Source: Candidatus Parcubacteria bacterium
GTDB taxonomy: Bacteria; Patescibacteriota; Saccharimonadia; UBA4664; JBIOIQ01
DNA: 64,000 nucleotides
Direction of reading: 5' to 3'
Assembly (NCBI GenBank): GCA_963718875.1
Contig: OY970378.1
Coordinates: 605,373-669,372, forward strand
This document shows positions 52,208 to 61,605 of the stretch, one piece after another. The translations under genes were made by a program, and so were the position numbers. The number at the start of each line of letters is the position of its first letter. Position 1 is the first letter of the stretch. The notes beneath the pieces were generated by a model. It saw only the letters and a program-made list of their open reading frames with translations, was not told where the DNA came from and ran no database searches.

Positions 52208-53227
52208 CTACTTTCTCGGGTTGGACTCGGCGATAGCTTTGGTGACGTTAATTTTAATGCCCGGACCCATAGATGTGGTCATAGATATGGCTTTGATGTA
52301 TGTGCCTTTAACACTGCCAGTTTTGGCCTTAAGGATGGAATCGAGCAGGATTTTGACATTGGTTAATAGCTCGTCAGTGCTAAAACTAGTTTTACCAAAG
52401 ACTTGGTGGACGATGCCCTGCTTGTCATTACGGTATTCTACCTTCCCGGCTTTGGATTGTGATACTGCCTTGGCTACATCAGCTGTAACGGTTCCACTTT
52501 TGGGATTTGGCATCAAGCCTTTGGGCCCTAGTGTTTTTGCAAGTTTCCCCAGCTTGGACATCATTTCTGGTGTGGCGATAAGTACGTCAAAGTTAATCTC
52601 GCCTTTTTCAATACGAGCGATCAGGTCGTCTTCTCCGACGATATCGGCACCAGCTTTCGTGGCTTCTGCGTGCTTGGTTGTTGGAGCAAGAACTGCGATA
52701 CGGACAACCCTGCCTGTTCCGGCCGGTAAAGTTACGCTTGCTCGGACCATTTGATCAGCTTGCCTAGGATCGATTCCAAGGTTAACGTGGAGCTCTAAAG
52801 ATGGAATAAACTTGACGGATACGGTTTGCTTAGCTAGCTCAATAGCTTCATGGAGCTCATATTCCTTGGTGCGGTCAACTAGCTCCGCTACTTTACGATA
52901 ACCCTTGCCGTGTTTTTTGAGTGGGTTACGTTTTTGCTGGAGTCTTGGCTTCGGAGTCTCTAATTTTGCTTGCGCCGCTTTTTCCTTGCGGAGAACTTCA
53001 GCCTCGGCTTCTTCAAGAGCCTTGCGTGACTTAGGTCCTGCCTTAGTAACGTTGCCGCTTGGTTGTGGCTCTAGTTCGCCCTCTTCATCGGCTTCGGTAT
53101 TGCTTGAATTGGTTTTTGACTCTGAAGTTTCATTCATTTCATCAGTTTTGGCTTCCGAGTGAATCAGTTCTTCATTATCGGCTTGAGTTAATTCTTCTAG
53201 ACCTTGATTATTTTTGGCTTTAGCCAT
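52208..53227 (-). CDS. rplA: 50S ribosomal protein L1 with long acidic N-terminal extension
   Basis: LGPKGLMPNPKSGTVT, TSMGPGI; AAGGAG before MAKAKNNQG. Confidence 0.96.
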   Translation of the reverse strand: MAKAKNNQGLEELTQADNEELIHSEAKTDEMNETSESKTNSSNTEADEEGELEPQPSGNVTKAGPKSRKALEEAEAEVLRKEKAAQAKLETPKPRLQQKRNPLKKHGKGYRKVAELVDRTKEYELHEAIELAKQTVSVKFIPSLELHVNLGIDPRQADQMVRASVTLPAGTGRVVRIAVLAPTTKHAEATKAGADIVGEDDLIARIEKGEINFDVLIATPEMMSKLGKLAKTLGPKGLMPNPKSGTVTADVAKAVSQSKAGKVEYRNDKQGIVHQVFGKTSFSTDELLTNVKILLDSILKAKTGSVKGTYIKAISMTTSMGPGIKINVTKAIAESNPRK

Positions 53228-53324
53228 GATTTTCTCCTTGTGGTTCAAACCCCTATTGCTGATAGGGTCCCACTTATTAAGTTTCATTTAGTTAATTTTC
53301 AATTTTCATGCAGAGCGGATGAGC

Positions 53325-53756
53325 TTACTTTTCGACTTCTATCCCCATGCTTCGCGCAGTTCCTGCAATGACCTTAAACGCAGCCTCGGGGGTTGTGGCG
53401 TTAGTGTCGCCAAACTTTTGTGTAGCAATTTCCATTACTTGAGCTTTACTAAGCTTAGCTACCTTAGTTTTGTTTGGTGTTCCTGAACCTTTTTCAACGC
53501 CAGCTGCCTTACGAATCAAAGAAACGGTAGTTTCCCCCTTAAAGCTGAATTCAAAAGTACGGTCTTCAAAAATTTTGACTCGTACAGATAGCATAGCGTT
53601 GCCCAGGTCGCGTGTGGCATCGTTGAAGCCGTTTACAAACTCCATCATGTTAACCCCTTGGCTGCCTAGAATTGAGCCTACAGGAGGTGCAGGAGTAGCT
53701 TTGCCTGCTGCAAGTCGAAATTTTACATTTGCCTTTACTGGTTTGTTTGCTGCCAT
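53325..53756 (-). CDS. rplK: 50S ribosomal protein L11
   Basis: AGKATPAPPVG, GTARSMGI. Confidence 0.97.
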   Translation of the reverse strand: MAANKPVKANVKFRLAAGKATPAPPVGSILGSQGVNMMEFVNGFNDATRDLGNAMLSVRVKIFEDRTFEFSFKGETTVSLIRKAAGVEKGSGTPNKTKVAKLSKAQVMEIATQKFGDTNATTPEAAFKVIAGTARSMGIEVEK

Positions 53757-53765
53757 TTTTGCTCC

Positions 53766-54302
53766 TTATATTTTCTTCACCTGTAAGCTATCGAGCTCTA
53801 CAGGAGTTTCGCGGCCAAACATATTGACTAGGACTTTAATTTTACCCTTGTTCTCATCAATTTCATTCACTAGTCCATCAAAGCCTTTGAATGGACCGTC
53901 CGTGATGTTAACGGATTCGCCTAAGCTGAAGTCAATTTTGTATTTAGGCTCCTCGACGCCCATGCGCTTTTGGATTTGCTTTACTTCTTCATCAGAAATA
54001 GGAATGGGTGTAGTTCCGCTTCCTACGAACCCTGTTACATTGGGGGTGTTACGTACTACATACCACGAATTTTCATCTACATCCATTTGTACCAGTACAT
54101 AACCGGGGAAAATACGACGCTCAACAATGCGCCGTCGACCGTTTTTAATTTCGATTTGGTTTTCTTTGGGGACAATGACGTCAAAAATGCGGTCGGCCAT
54201 ATCCATTGTTTCAATCCGCTGACGTAAGTTTTCGGCTACTCGGTCCTCGTAACCAGAGTATGTATGAATGACGTACCATGCTTTCGGCTGTGTTTTAGTC
54301 AC
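53766..54302 (-). CDS. nusG: Transcription factor NusG
   Basis: WYVIHTYSGYE, FPGYVLV, KOW GPFKGF, FGRETPVEL. Confidence 0.98.
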   Translation of the reverse strand: MTKTQPKAWYVIHTYSGYEDRVAENLRQRIETMDMADRIFDVIVPKENQIEIKNGRRRIVERRIFPGYVLVQMDVDENSWYVVRNTPNVTGFVGSGTTPIPISDEEVKQIQKRMGVEEPKYKIDFSLGESVNITDGPFKGFDGLVNEIDENKGKIKVLVNMFGRETPVELDSLQVKKI

Positions 54303-54305
54303 GCC

Positions 54306-54494
54306 CTATCCCTTCAAGATTAATTTCTGAATAATTTGCGAAAAAATGTAATCCAGGCCGCCGATTATAAGGGAGAGAACAATTGAAAAAACAATTACAA
54401 TTAAGCTCAATCGGATAGCTTGGCGACGGGTTGGCCAGGTTACTCTTAACAGTTCAGCCCGTGAATCTGTAATGTAGGCGAATAAGCGCTTCAT
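54306..54494 (-). CDS. secE: Preprotein translocase SecE
   Basis: ELLRVTWPTR + TM + LD; directly upstream of nusG. Confidence 0.93.
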   Translation of the reverse strand: MKRLFAYITDSRAELLRVTWPTRRQAIRLSLIVIVFSIVLSLIIGGLDYIFSQIIQKLILKG

Positions 54495-54612
54495 TGTACC
54501 TTCAATTATGCCAAATTTTAGCAATTTTAAAAAGCCCTGGGGCTTCTTTTCTAAGAATAGGTTAAATCGGGCGCAAAGTCAATGCAAATCCTTTTGGGTT
54601 TTAACGACGATC

Positions 54613-54647
54613 GCCCCCGACAGGAGTCGGGAACTCTCGTCGGGGGC
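54613..54647. repeat. GC-rich palindrome
   Basis: GCCCCCGAC ... GTCGGGGGC with internal CCCGAC/GTCGGG. Confidence 0.6.
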
Positions 54648-54648
54648 A

Positions 54649-55341
54649 TTACGGTTTCTCTTTGCTCAGGGTGGTGGTCCAGCCTACTTCGTTGATTTCT
54701 AGCGACCCATCAGGCAGGATTCGCCAGGAGACAACCTTGGATAGCCAGACAGTGGCGCTGGCCTGGGTAATTCGACCTTCGAATTCCTCTTCGACCTTCA
54801 TCTCCAGCCGATTGCCCTTGAGTTTGTAGCTGCCACGGGCAATGTGGCCTTCGATCGGGTCGAAGCCTTCATCGGAGTCCAACAGAACTTTCCGGCAGAG
54901 TCGCCAGCGATAACGTCCAAATCGCAGTTGCCGACGAAGTTTCCTGGTTCGAATGCGCACTAGGAGTGGCTTGATGAAGCGGTTTCCTGTTATTCGTGTC
55001 AACAGTGGCAGCTGGAGCTCGAGTATTCCCTGGCGTTTGACAGGGTTGTATTGACCTGCCCAGGTTTCATCTTCGGGGAATGTTACCTTGATCATGAGCC
55101 ACTCGCCAGATTGGTTGGGGATGAGGCGGATTACATGACAGGGGTAGAAAGCTTCAGTTACTTGTAGTCTGCCTCCAAGACGCATGGCGCCGGTTCTGAA
55201 AACAAACAGACTGTCATAAGCGCCTTCATCACCTTCTCCTTTGTTCAGGTTTTCTCGCAGACCTGCCTCGTCTAGCCCGGCAGTAATCCTGAGCCGCTCG
55301 GACTTGAATATCCGGTACATTTCTGACCTGTCCTTGATCAA
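54649..55341 (-). CDS. Hypothetical protein (GC-richer, Arg-rich)
   Basis: 230 aa ORF; start uncertain. Confidence 0.55.
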   Translation of the reverse strand: MIKDRSEMYRIFKSERLRITAGLDEAGLRENLNKGEGDEGAYDSLFVFRTGAMRLGGRLQVTEAFYPCHVIRLIPNQSGEWLMIKVTFPEDETWAGQYNPVKRQGILELQLPLLTRITGNRFIKPLLVRIRTRKLRRQLRFGRYRWRLCRKVLLDSDEGFDPIEGHIARGSYKLKGNRLEMKVEEEFEGRITQASATVWLSKVVSWRILPDGSLEINEVGWTTTLSKEKP

Positions 55342-55413
55342 ACAACGAGTTTGGCTATTATATGACCTTGGTATCTTGGTGGCAACTCAAGACTGGACGC
55401 GCCATCTTGGATG

Positions 55414-56901
55414 TTAGCGTTTCAATACGCTGACTAGCCAGTGTGATAAATCGGTTTGGTAGAGCCATCCACTGAGCCCTAGCCCTGCCGTGGCTATAAC
55501 GGCCGCAACTCCAATGGCTAGTTGGCCGTTTGACATTTTGGGTTGTTTGGGGCCGACAAAAAAGTTGCGCCGGCTGGGTGGGACAAGGCTACAGAGTTCA
55601 TAGTATATGGCGGTCCAAAAACCAACATTGAAAACGAAACTCAGGTAGCTGCTAACGGTGGCAGAAACTATTAAAACACCCAACCATAATGCTGATACAG
55701 AAGCAAAGTTTGTGATAGAGAGCAGCAAGATCAGCGGTGACGTTATTACCAGGGTAATTAAAGCTGATTCTGTGCCCCAGATAACGATGTCACCGCTAAA
55801 GTGCCAATATAGCTTCCAGCACTCGCTAAAAGCCGTACTGGCTCGTCGGCTTGCAAGGGCGCCGGTGCGGCTAGCTAAAGCCCGGGCGGTAATGACGCCT
55901 ATTGCGAGAAACACTAATCCAATGTTGGTGATAGTTAGGGCTAAGGGTTGAACTACGCCTGTGCCGTCTGGCAGTAAGCCAATGAAATGATATGCAATTA
56001 TCTCAATTAGGAGCAATCCAGTAAACATACTGGCCGCAATAATGTCTAGGCTTATTAGCGACCAGAGTGAATTAACTCCCACCTGATTGGCAAAAGCGGT
56101 GGAGCTACTACGCTGGTCAATCTGCTTGACAATGGCGTAAATAAATTTCGCTTTTATAAAAGCCCTGGCTACAGCCAGTAGTATCATTGCGATCAACCCT
56201 ATACTCAGGGCAACAACGAGCGGCTGGACTGCGGCATTAACTAATGTTTTTGCTGTAGGGGGGAATATCAGGTTTCGAAACAAAGTTTGTTGCAAGTAAA
56301 ACCATAACAGACTGGTGCCCAGACTATAAGCTGCTATTTCTAGCCAAAAATGATGCATGGTTACGCGGAGAGCAGACTTAATCGGATGGTCAGCTTCTAA
56401 GCGCATTGATCTAATAGGTTGATTGTGGCTAGGGTGGTGGGATACTGGTTGGGGAGAAGGAGTGGATCTAGGCGGATATGCGAAGGTTTGAGGTGGTATT
56501 GGCTGCTGCTGCGGAAGTGGCGGCTGTGCGTGAGTTGACGGCTTCAGTACTTCGGTTTCACTAGGTTTTTTTACGGGTATGGCGTCGGTGTGTTTAGGTT
56601 TAGTAGATGGGTGTGGAGTTTTGAGATTTAGTGTGCGTGGTCCTGCGCTTTTGACTCGAGCAACTTCTTGCATTGCAGGCTGTTCAGGTTTTGAGGTACT
56701 GAATACGTTTACGGGCACGGGCAATTTTCTGAAATCCTCTTCACTTTTTTGGAGTACAGGAGTTGGTTGCGACGACAAACTTTTTGATTGTATTGTAATA
56801 GGCTCAACTTTGCGTTCGGAAACACGCTGACCGCAGTTTATACAATAATGCTGAGAATCAATTTCGATTATATCGTTGGAGCTACAGTTTGAGCACGTCA
56901 T
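55414..56901 (-). CDS. Zn-ribbon / Pro-rich multi-pass membrane protein
   Basis: CxxC-x13-CxxC, low-complexity linker, about 6-7 TMs. Confidence 0.75.
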   Translation of the reverse strand: MTCSNCSSNDIIEIDSQHYCINCGQRVSERKVEPITIQSKSLSSQPTPVLQKSEEDFRKLPVPVNVFSTSKPEQPAMQEVARVKSAGPRTLNLKTPHPSTKPKHTDAIPVKKPSETEVLKPSTHAQPPLPQQQPIPPQTFAYPPRSTPSPQPVSHHPSHNQPIRSMRLEADHPIKSALRVTMHHFWLEIAAYSLGTSLLWFYLQQTLFRNLIFPPTAKTLVNAAVQPLVVALSIGLIAMILLAVARAFIKAKFIYAIVKQIDQRSSSTAFANQVGVNSLWSLISLDIIAASMFTGLLLIEIIAYHFIGLLPDGTGVVQPLALTITNIGLVFLAIGVITARALASRTGALASRRASTAFSECWKLYWHFSGDIVIWGTESALITLVITSPLILLLSITNFASVSALWLGVLIVSATVSSYLSFVFNVGFWTAIYYELCSLVPPSRRNFFVGPKQPKMSNGQLAIGVAAVIATAGLGLSGWLYQTDLSHWLVSVLKR

Positions 56902-57165
56902 CTCATATTATTTAAGCACATTTTCGCTTTAAGCGTAAGCTTTTTATACCCACTATGTTTTTTTATTTTCTTTTACGCATGAGGTTTTTCCACGTAGCAT
57001 CCACAGAAAATTAGTGCATTTTCACAACAATCAGTGTATTGATGTTGTAGTGTTGTAGCTTTCAAGCCTAAAAAATGTTTATCAATAAAGCTAGTTGTTA
57101 TGTGTAGGCATGCTTTAAGGGGTCAACACATAGGGTCAACTCTTAACAATATCAATTTATTACTT

Positions 57166-57846
57166 TCAGTGTTTTTCACCTCTTGGTTTTTGTTGCGTTG
57201 ATTTTTTAGTTTTTTTATTCTTTTTGGGAGATTTTGCAAGTGTTTGAGGTGGTGCAATTACATCAGTATCTGGTTGGACTTCGGGAGTCGTCGGAATAGC
57301 TTCTTTTTCAGGTAAAGTGTCTTCATCTCGTGGCTCTATATTAGGATTGGTGCTATCCGTAGCTGGCAAAATCTGCTCAGGCTCAGACTCAGGGTGAGGG
57401 TCATGCTCCAGGCCGCTGTCAGGAAAAGTAGATGGATTGTATGAAACGTTTTTGGCCTCTAATAGTTTCGAAATGCGAAATGTGAATACGGCGCAAAGAA
57501 ACATCAAGACGCCAATAAGAGCTAATATTATTTGGTTCGTGTGGTTAGACGAGTTGTCGTCAAGTGTATGCTGAGAACCGTCGCCTGAAGTACTGATATC
57601 AAGGTTAGCCGGGAAGTCATCTCTTGATCCGGCTGGTTGTAGAGAATTCCCTGAAGATGGTTGATTAATGCCACCGCTGCGGGAGTCGGCTGACTGAAGG
57701 TTGCTTGGTGAGGCTGGTTGAAGTTCGTTTAGCGTGTTAGGATCGGAGCCGATAGTGCCGTTGCTGCTTGGCCCTAAAGAAGCTGATAAGACTGAAGCAG
57801 TAATTGTGCTCGTAGCTATGATAGATATAAATAGACGCTTAAGCAT
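57166..57846 (-). CDS. Hypothetical low-complexity membrane protein
   Basis: Signal-like N-terminus, Ser-rich region, one TM, acidic/basic tail. Confidence 0.65.
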   Translation of the reverse strand: MLKRLFISIIATSTITASVLSASLGPSSNGTIGSDPNTLNELQPASPSNLQSADSRSGGINQPSSGNSLQPAGSRDDFPANLDISTSGDGSQHTLDDNSSNHTNQIILALIGVLMFLCAVFTFRISKLLEAKNVSYNPSTFPDSGLEHDPHPESEPEQILPATDSTNPNIEPRDEDTLPEKEAIPTTPEVQPDTDVIAPPQTLAKSPKKNKKTKKSTQQKPRGEKH

Positions 57847-57939
57847 GACGGTATTATCCCATATGCAGGATGCTCATGGCAATCACGGCTTTTTATGTCG
57901 TCTTGTACAAAATGCCCTCTTGGTCGTACAATCGTACGT

Positions 57940-59244
57940 ATGCGAATTATTTCTAATGAATTACAAGATAACGTTGGTGAATCAGTTACACTTAAGGGCT
58001 GGCTTCACAAAAAACGCTCTATGGGAGCGTTGATGTTTATTGTATTGCGTGACCGTGGAGGCCTGGTTCAGATCGTAGTGAACGGCGAAGAAGAACAAGA
58101 AAAGCTTCGTGGTGCCCAGGTAGGTAGTGTTTTATCAGTAGATGGAATGGTTGTAAAAGAAGACCGAGCGCAAGGTGGGGTTGAAATTCACGATCCAAAA
58201 ATTACCGTAGAGGTGTTGGTTGAAGAACCACCATTAATTGAAATTGATAAGCCAATAGACCACACGCCCGAAAATTTGGATACTCTATTTGAGCACCGAG
58301 TTATAAATTTACGCAATGTTAACGAAACAGCAATTTTTAGGCTTCGCAGCGATGTAATTCGTCATATTCGTGAATTTCTTTATAAACAAGATTTTGTTGA
58401 AATTAATACCCCTAAAATTGTGGCGGGGGCGGCGGAAGGTGGTGCTGAGGTATTTAAACTGGATTATTTTGGGAAGAATGCAACATTGGCTCAAAGCCCT
58501 CAACTATACAAACAGATTATGGTAGGCGTGTTTGAGCGGGTTTTTGAAATTGCTCCGGCTTTTCGAGCGGAACTTAGCGCAACAACTCGCCATGTTTCCG
58601 AAGTAACTATGCTGGATATTGAAATGGGATTTATTGATGGTCACGATGATGTTTTGAGCTTGGTCCAGGACTTAACTTTTGCCGTTTTGACGCAGGTTTA
58701 TGAGAAAAGTCAGAAAGTCTTAGATGATCTTTCTGCTCCCCCGCTAATTATAAAGTCCGTTTTTCCTCGTTATACAATGAGCCAAATACACGCAATGTAT
58801 AGCGACGCTACAGGCAAAGATACCACCAAAGAGCTTGATTTGAATCCGGATGAAGAGAAATGGATTTGTCAGTATAGCAAAGAAAATGAAGGTTGCGAGT
58901 TGGTTTTTGCTACTAATTTGCCCAAGGCCAAGATGAAGTTTTACCATATGGCTAATGGTGACTCGACAGCTAGGTCGGCCGATCTGCTTTTTCGAGGGGT
59001 TGAAATCTCAACAGTTCCACAGCGCGAGCATCGTTATGATAAACTTCTCGAGCAGATGAAGACCAGTGGGATAGAGCCTACTGATCCTGGATTTAGTCAC
59101 TACTTATTAGCATTTCAGTACGGCTTGCCAGCTCATGGTGGGTGTGGGTTTGGAATTGACCGGTTTGTAGAAAAAATTATTGGTTTAAACAATATTAAAG
59201 AAGCAATTTTATTTCCAAGAGACCTTAATCGTTTGACACCTTAA
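57940..59244 (+). CDS. aspS: Aspartate--tRNA(Asp/Asn) ligase, short archaeal-type
   Basis: LRDRGG, LAQSPQLYKQ, FRAE, PAHGGCGFGIDR, FPRD; no GAD insertion; start at MRIISNEL. Confidence 0.93.
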   Translation: MRIISNELQDNVGESVTLKGWLHKKRSMGALMFIVLRDRGGLVQIVVNGEEEQEKLRGAQVGSVLSVDGMVVKEDRAQGGVEIHDPKITVEVLVEEPPLIEIDKPIDHTPENLDTLFEHRVINLRNVNETAIFRLRSDVIRHIREFLYKQDFVEINTPKIVAGAAEGGAEVFKLDYFGKNATLAQSPQLYKQIMVGVFERVFEIAPAFRAELSATTRHVSEVTMLDIEMGFIDGHDDVLSLVQDLTFAVLTQVYEKSQKVLDDLSAPPLIIKSVFPRYTMSQIHAMYSDATGKDTTKELDLNPDEEKWICQYSKENEGCELVFATNLPKAKMKFYHMANGDSTARSADLLFRGVEISTVPQREHRYDKLLEQMKTSGIEPTDPGFSHYLLAFQYGLPAHGGCGFGIDRFVEKIIGLNNIKEAILFPRDLNRLTP

Positions 59245-60104
59245 ATTTGGATTCCAAAAATTGTTCGGGCGGCTATTCCTATGATCAGAGCTATACTAGC
59301 GGTGCCTATACTAAAAGCGGACATTTCCAAGAATGCTTTTTTGAATTGGCGGTTGAATACTACTGAGGTGTAGTAGGATGATCCGGCCACAATGAGTAAT
59401 ACTGTAATAAACATGGTTATAAGCCCACCATAAAGTGAAGGTATTAGTAAAAAAGGCGCAACTAGCAGTATTACGACAATAAGGTAGGCTATGCCGGTGT
59501 AAAATGCAGCTGCCTTAGGGTCTTTGCCGCGCTCGTGCCTGGCCTGTAAATAGGCTGATGAGGCCATAGAAAGACTTGCTGCGATGCCCAGGATAAAGCC
59601 AGCCAGGGTAACTGTGCTATTGCTCTGGAAGGCAAATGCAAAGCCTGTTAATGCCCCAGAGAGTTCAATTAAGCCGTCATTAAGACCCAGAACAATACTG
59701 CCGGTAAACTCTACCCTTTCCTCCTTGATCTGCTTAATCAGTTTTAGCTCTTGCTGCTCTTCTATTAGTAAAACTGTTTCAATGTCTTTTTTCTTGGGGT
59801 GGTCGGTTTCAAACAGCCATTCTCGAATGGACTCAGACATGGCATCTTCTTGCATCTCAAGTAGCCTCATAACGAACGTTAAGCCCAATATTCGACGCAA
59901 AACCACGTAAAATTTAATTAGCCATGGGCTTACAAGGTAGTTATTATGCCCGGACAGATCCGTCCAAAACCTAACATGCTCTTCTTCTAGCTTGGTTAGG
60001 TCAAACAATATTTGTCGAAATTGTTCGTTGGTTTCTCGTTCTGCTAAGGCTTGAAACACTAAAAAATTACGATACTCTTTGTAAGCGATTGCATCAAAAT
60101 TCAT
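59241..60104 (-). CDS. VIT1/CCC1 transporter fused to a ferritin/rubrerythrin-like domain
   Basis: EEEH motif, VLGLNDGLIE, SLSMASSAYL. Confidence 0.85.
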   Translation of the reverse strand: MNFDAIAYKEYRNFLVFQALAERETNEQFRQILFDLTKLEEEHVRFWTDLSGHNNYLVSPWLIKFYVVLRRILGLTFVMRLLEMQEDAMSESIREWLFETDHPKKKDIETVLLIEEQQELKLIKQIKEERVEFTGSIVLGLNDGLIELSGALTGFAFAFQSNSTVTLAGFILGIAASLSMASSAYLQARHERGKDPKAAAFYTGIAYLIVVILLVAPFLLIPSLYGGLITMFITVLLIVAGSSYYTSVVFNRQFKKAFLEMSAFSIGTASIALIIGIAARTIFGIQI

Positions 60105-60218
60105 TAATGTACTATTTCATATCTGGGTAATTTGGTCCACCTGTGATCAACCAAAATCCAGTCCCCATTAACTAAAGTTGCGTGATGGATTTGCCTGTAT
60201 AAATTTTTGCATTATTGC

Positions 60219-60986
60219 TTACCTCAGACTAAAGCGCTTAGTGCGCTGCTCCCTAAATTGCTTCCGATAACCAATATCTGCTGCGTGATAGCCATTGCCA
60301 TATATTACAGCCCAGACAGCGTGCTCTTCAAAATAAAACCAAATCTGTTTGTGCTTACTAACTTTTACGTTACCTCGCAGGGCGGCTATGGCCAGCCATT
60401 GTGACTTCTCCTCAAGTAGAAATAATCTAATTGGGTCTTTGCCAGCAATTGGTGAATTTATCTCGATAACGCAAGTGAAGTTATCGTCTTCTTCATCATC
60501 ATCATAGACTTCAAAGCTTTCAGGTGTATCGAGCATGCCAGTTGAGTAGTCGAGCTCTAATTTAACCCCAAGTGCGTTCCTATGTTTGGCAGTTAGTACT
60601 GTTGTGTAATTGGTGTGGGTGGCGATTAGTCTTTTATCTCGTTTTTCATCAGCTGGAGTATGCACTGGCTGGCCTTTATCTTGTTGCTTTTTAGTTTCGA
60701 TTTTTAGGTTCTTGACATGCTTACCGATAAAATCTTGAGCATTTTTAAATGCCGCTTGATAGCTAGATTCAACTTGTTTTTCGTTATCTGTTTTATCGCG
60801 TATATATGCCGCTTTTGCAAACTTGGGCTGTGGGTCACGACGAATCAACCTGAAGACTGCAACTGTAAGACTGTGTAGGATAACGATTGGTAAGACTATG
60901 ATAACGCAGGCCAGCATGATTGGCACAAACAGAATTAGAAATATTCCAGTTCCGATGCCTTCGATAAGTTTCTTAAGTATATTCAT
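60219..60986 (-). CDS. Hypothetical membrane-anchored protein
   Basis: 255 aa, hydrophobic N-terminus. Confidence 0.65.
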   Translation of the reverse strand: MNILKKLIEGIGTGIFLILFVPIMLACVIIVLPIVILHSLTVAVFRLIRRDPQPKFAKAAYIRDKTDNEKQVESSYQAAFKNAQDFIGKHVKNLKIETKKQQDKGQPVHTPADEKRDKRLIATHTNYTTVLTAKHRNALGVKLELDYSTGMLDTPESFEVYDDDEEDDNFTCVIEINSPIAGKDPIRLFLLEEKSQWLAIAALRGNVKVSKHKQIWFYFEEHAVWAVIYGNGYHAADIGYRKQFREQRTKRFSLR

Positions 60987-61121
60987 GATGTTACATCATT
61001 TGCTTTTACAAAAATACTATTGTAATGCTACACTATTTTGTCGGTTATGTCACATTTTATGTGCACAGTATTTTTGAGGTTATGACTATGTATGCTTTGA
61101 TTGGTGTCTGTTTATTCTAAT

Positions 61122-61196
61122 TGGCAGGGGTACGAGGAGTCGAACCTCAATCTACGGTTTTGGAGACCGTCGTAATGGCCGTTATACCATACCCCT
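61122..61196 (-). tRNA. tRNA-Trp(CCA)
   Basis: Minus-strand loop CTCCAAA in stem ACGGT/ACCGT; CCA end. Confidence 0.95.
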
Positions 61197-61248
61197 TCGC
61201 AAGTTTCATTTTGACAAGTTACAGTTTTTAAAATTGAAACCGTTCGAT

Positions 61249-61312
61249 GTCATCCTGAACTTGTTTCAGGATCCACGTCGGTTAGTGGATCCCGGATCAA
61301 GCCCGGGATGAC
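61249..61312. repeat. REP/RPE-like palindrome
   Basis: GTCATCCTGAACTTGTTTCAGGATC ... GATCCCGGATCAAGCCCGGGATGAC. Confidence 0.75.
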
Positions 61313-61443
61313 AGAGAGTATTTTGAATACCTCAATATAAGTTACAAGTATCAATTGTACTTATACGCAAGTAATTATCCAATAGCTTCATAGCCTTATT
61401 GAAAATTGAAACTTAACCCGTCAGCTGACGGAAATAAAATTTG

Positions 61444-61605
61444 TTACTTGCTTTCGCGATGGGCTAGGACTTTGCTCTCGTGTTTGCAAAATTTTTGTAA
61501 CACTAATCGGTCTGTTGTGTTCTTGGGGTTTTTATTGGTTGTGTAGTTGCGTTGATGGCAACTTTCACACTCAAGGGCTATGAATGGACGGTTTCGTTTA
61601 GGCAT
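61444..61605 (-). CDS. rpmG: 50S ribosomal protein L33 (missing from the ORF track, 53 aa)
   Basis: Manual translation MPKRNRPFIALECESCHQRNYTTNKNPKNTTDRLVLQKFCKHESKVLAHRESK; AAGGAG RBS. Confidence 0.93.
   Translation of the reverse strand: MPKRNRPFIALECESCHQRNYTTNKNPKNTTDRLVLQKFCKHESKVLAHRESK

Noticed and set aside
52221-54227. Long antisense ORFs opposite rplA/rplK/nusG (similar ones lie opposite atp, mreB, dnaX)
   Set aside because: Shadow ORFs of conserved genes on the other strand
56980-57030. DnaA-box-like words (TTTTCCACG, ATCCACAG, TTTTCACAA)
   Set aside because: All are mismatched to TTATCCACA and no dnaA/dnaN is in the window; insufficient for an oriC call
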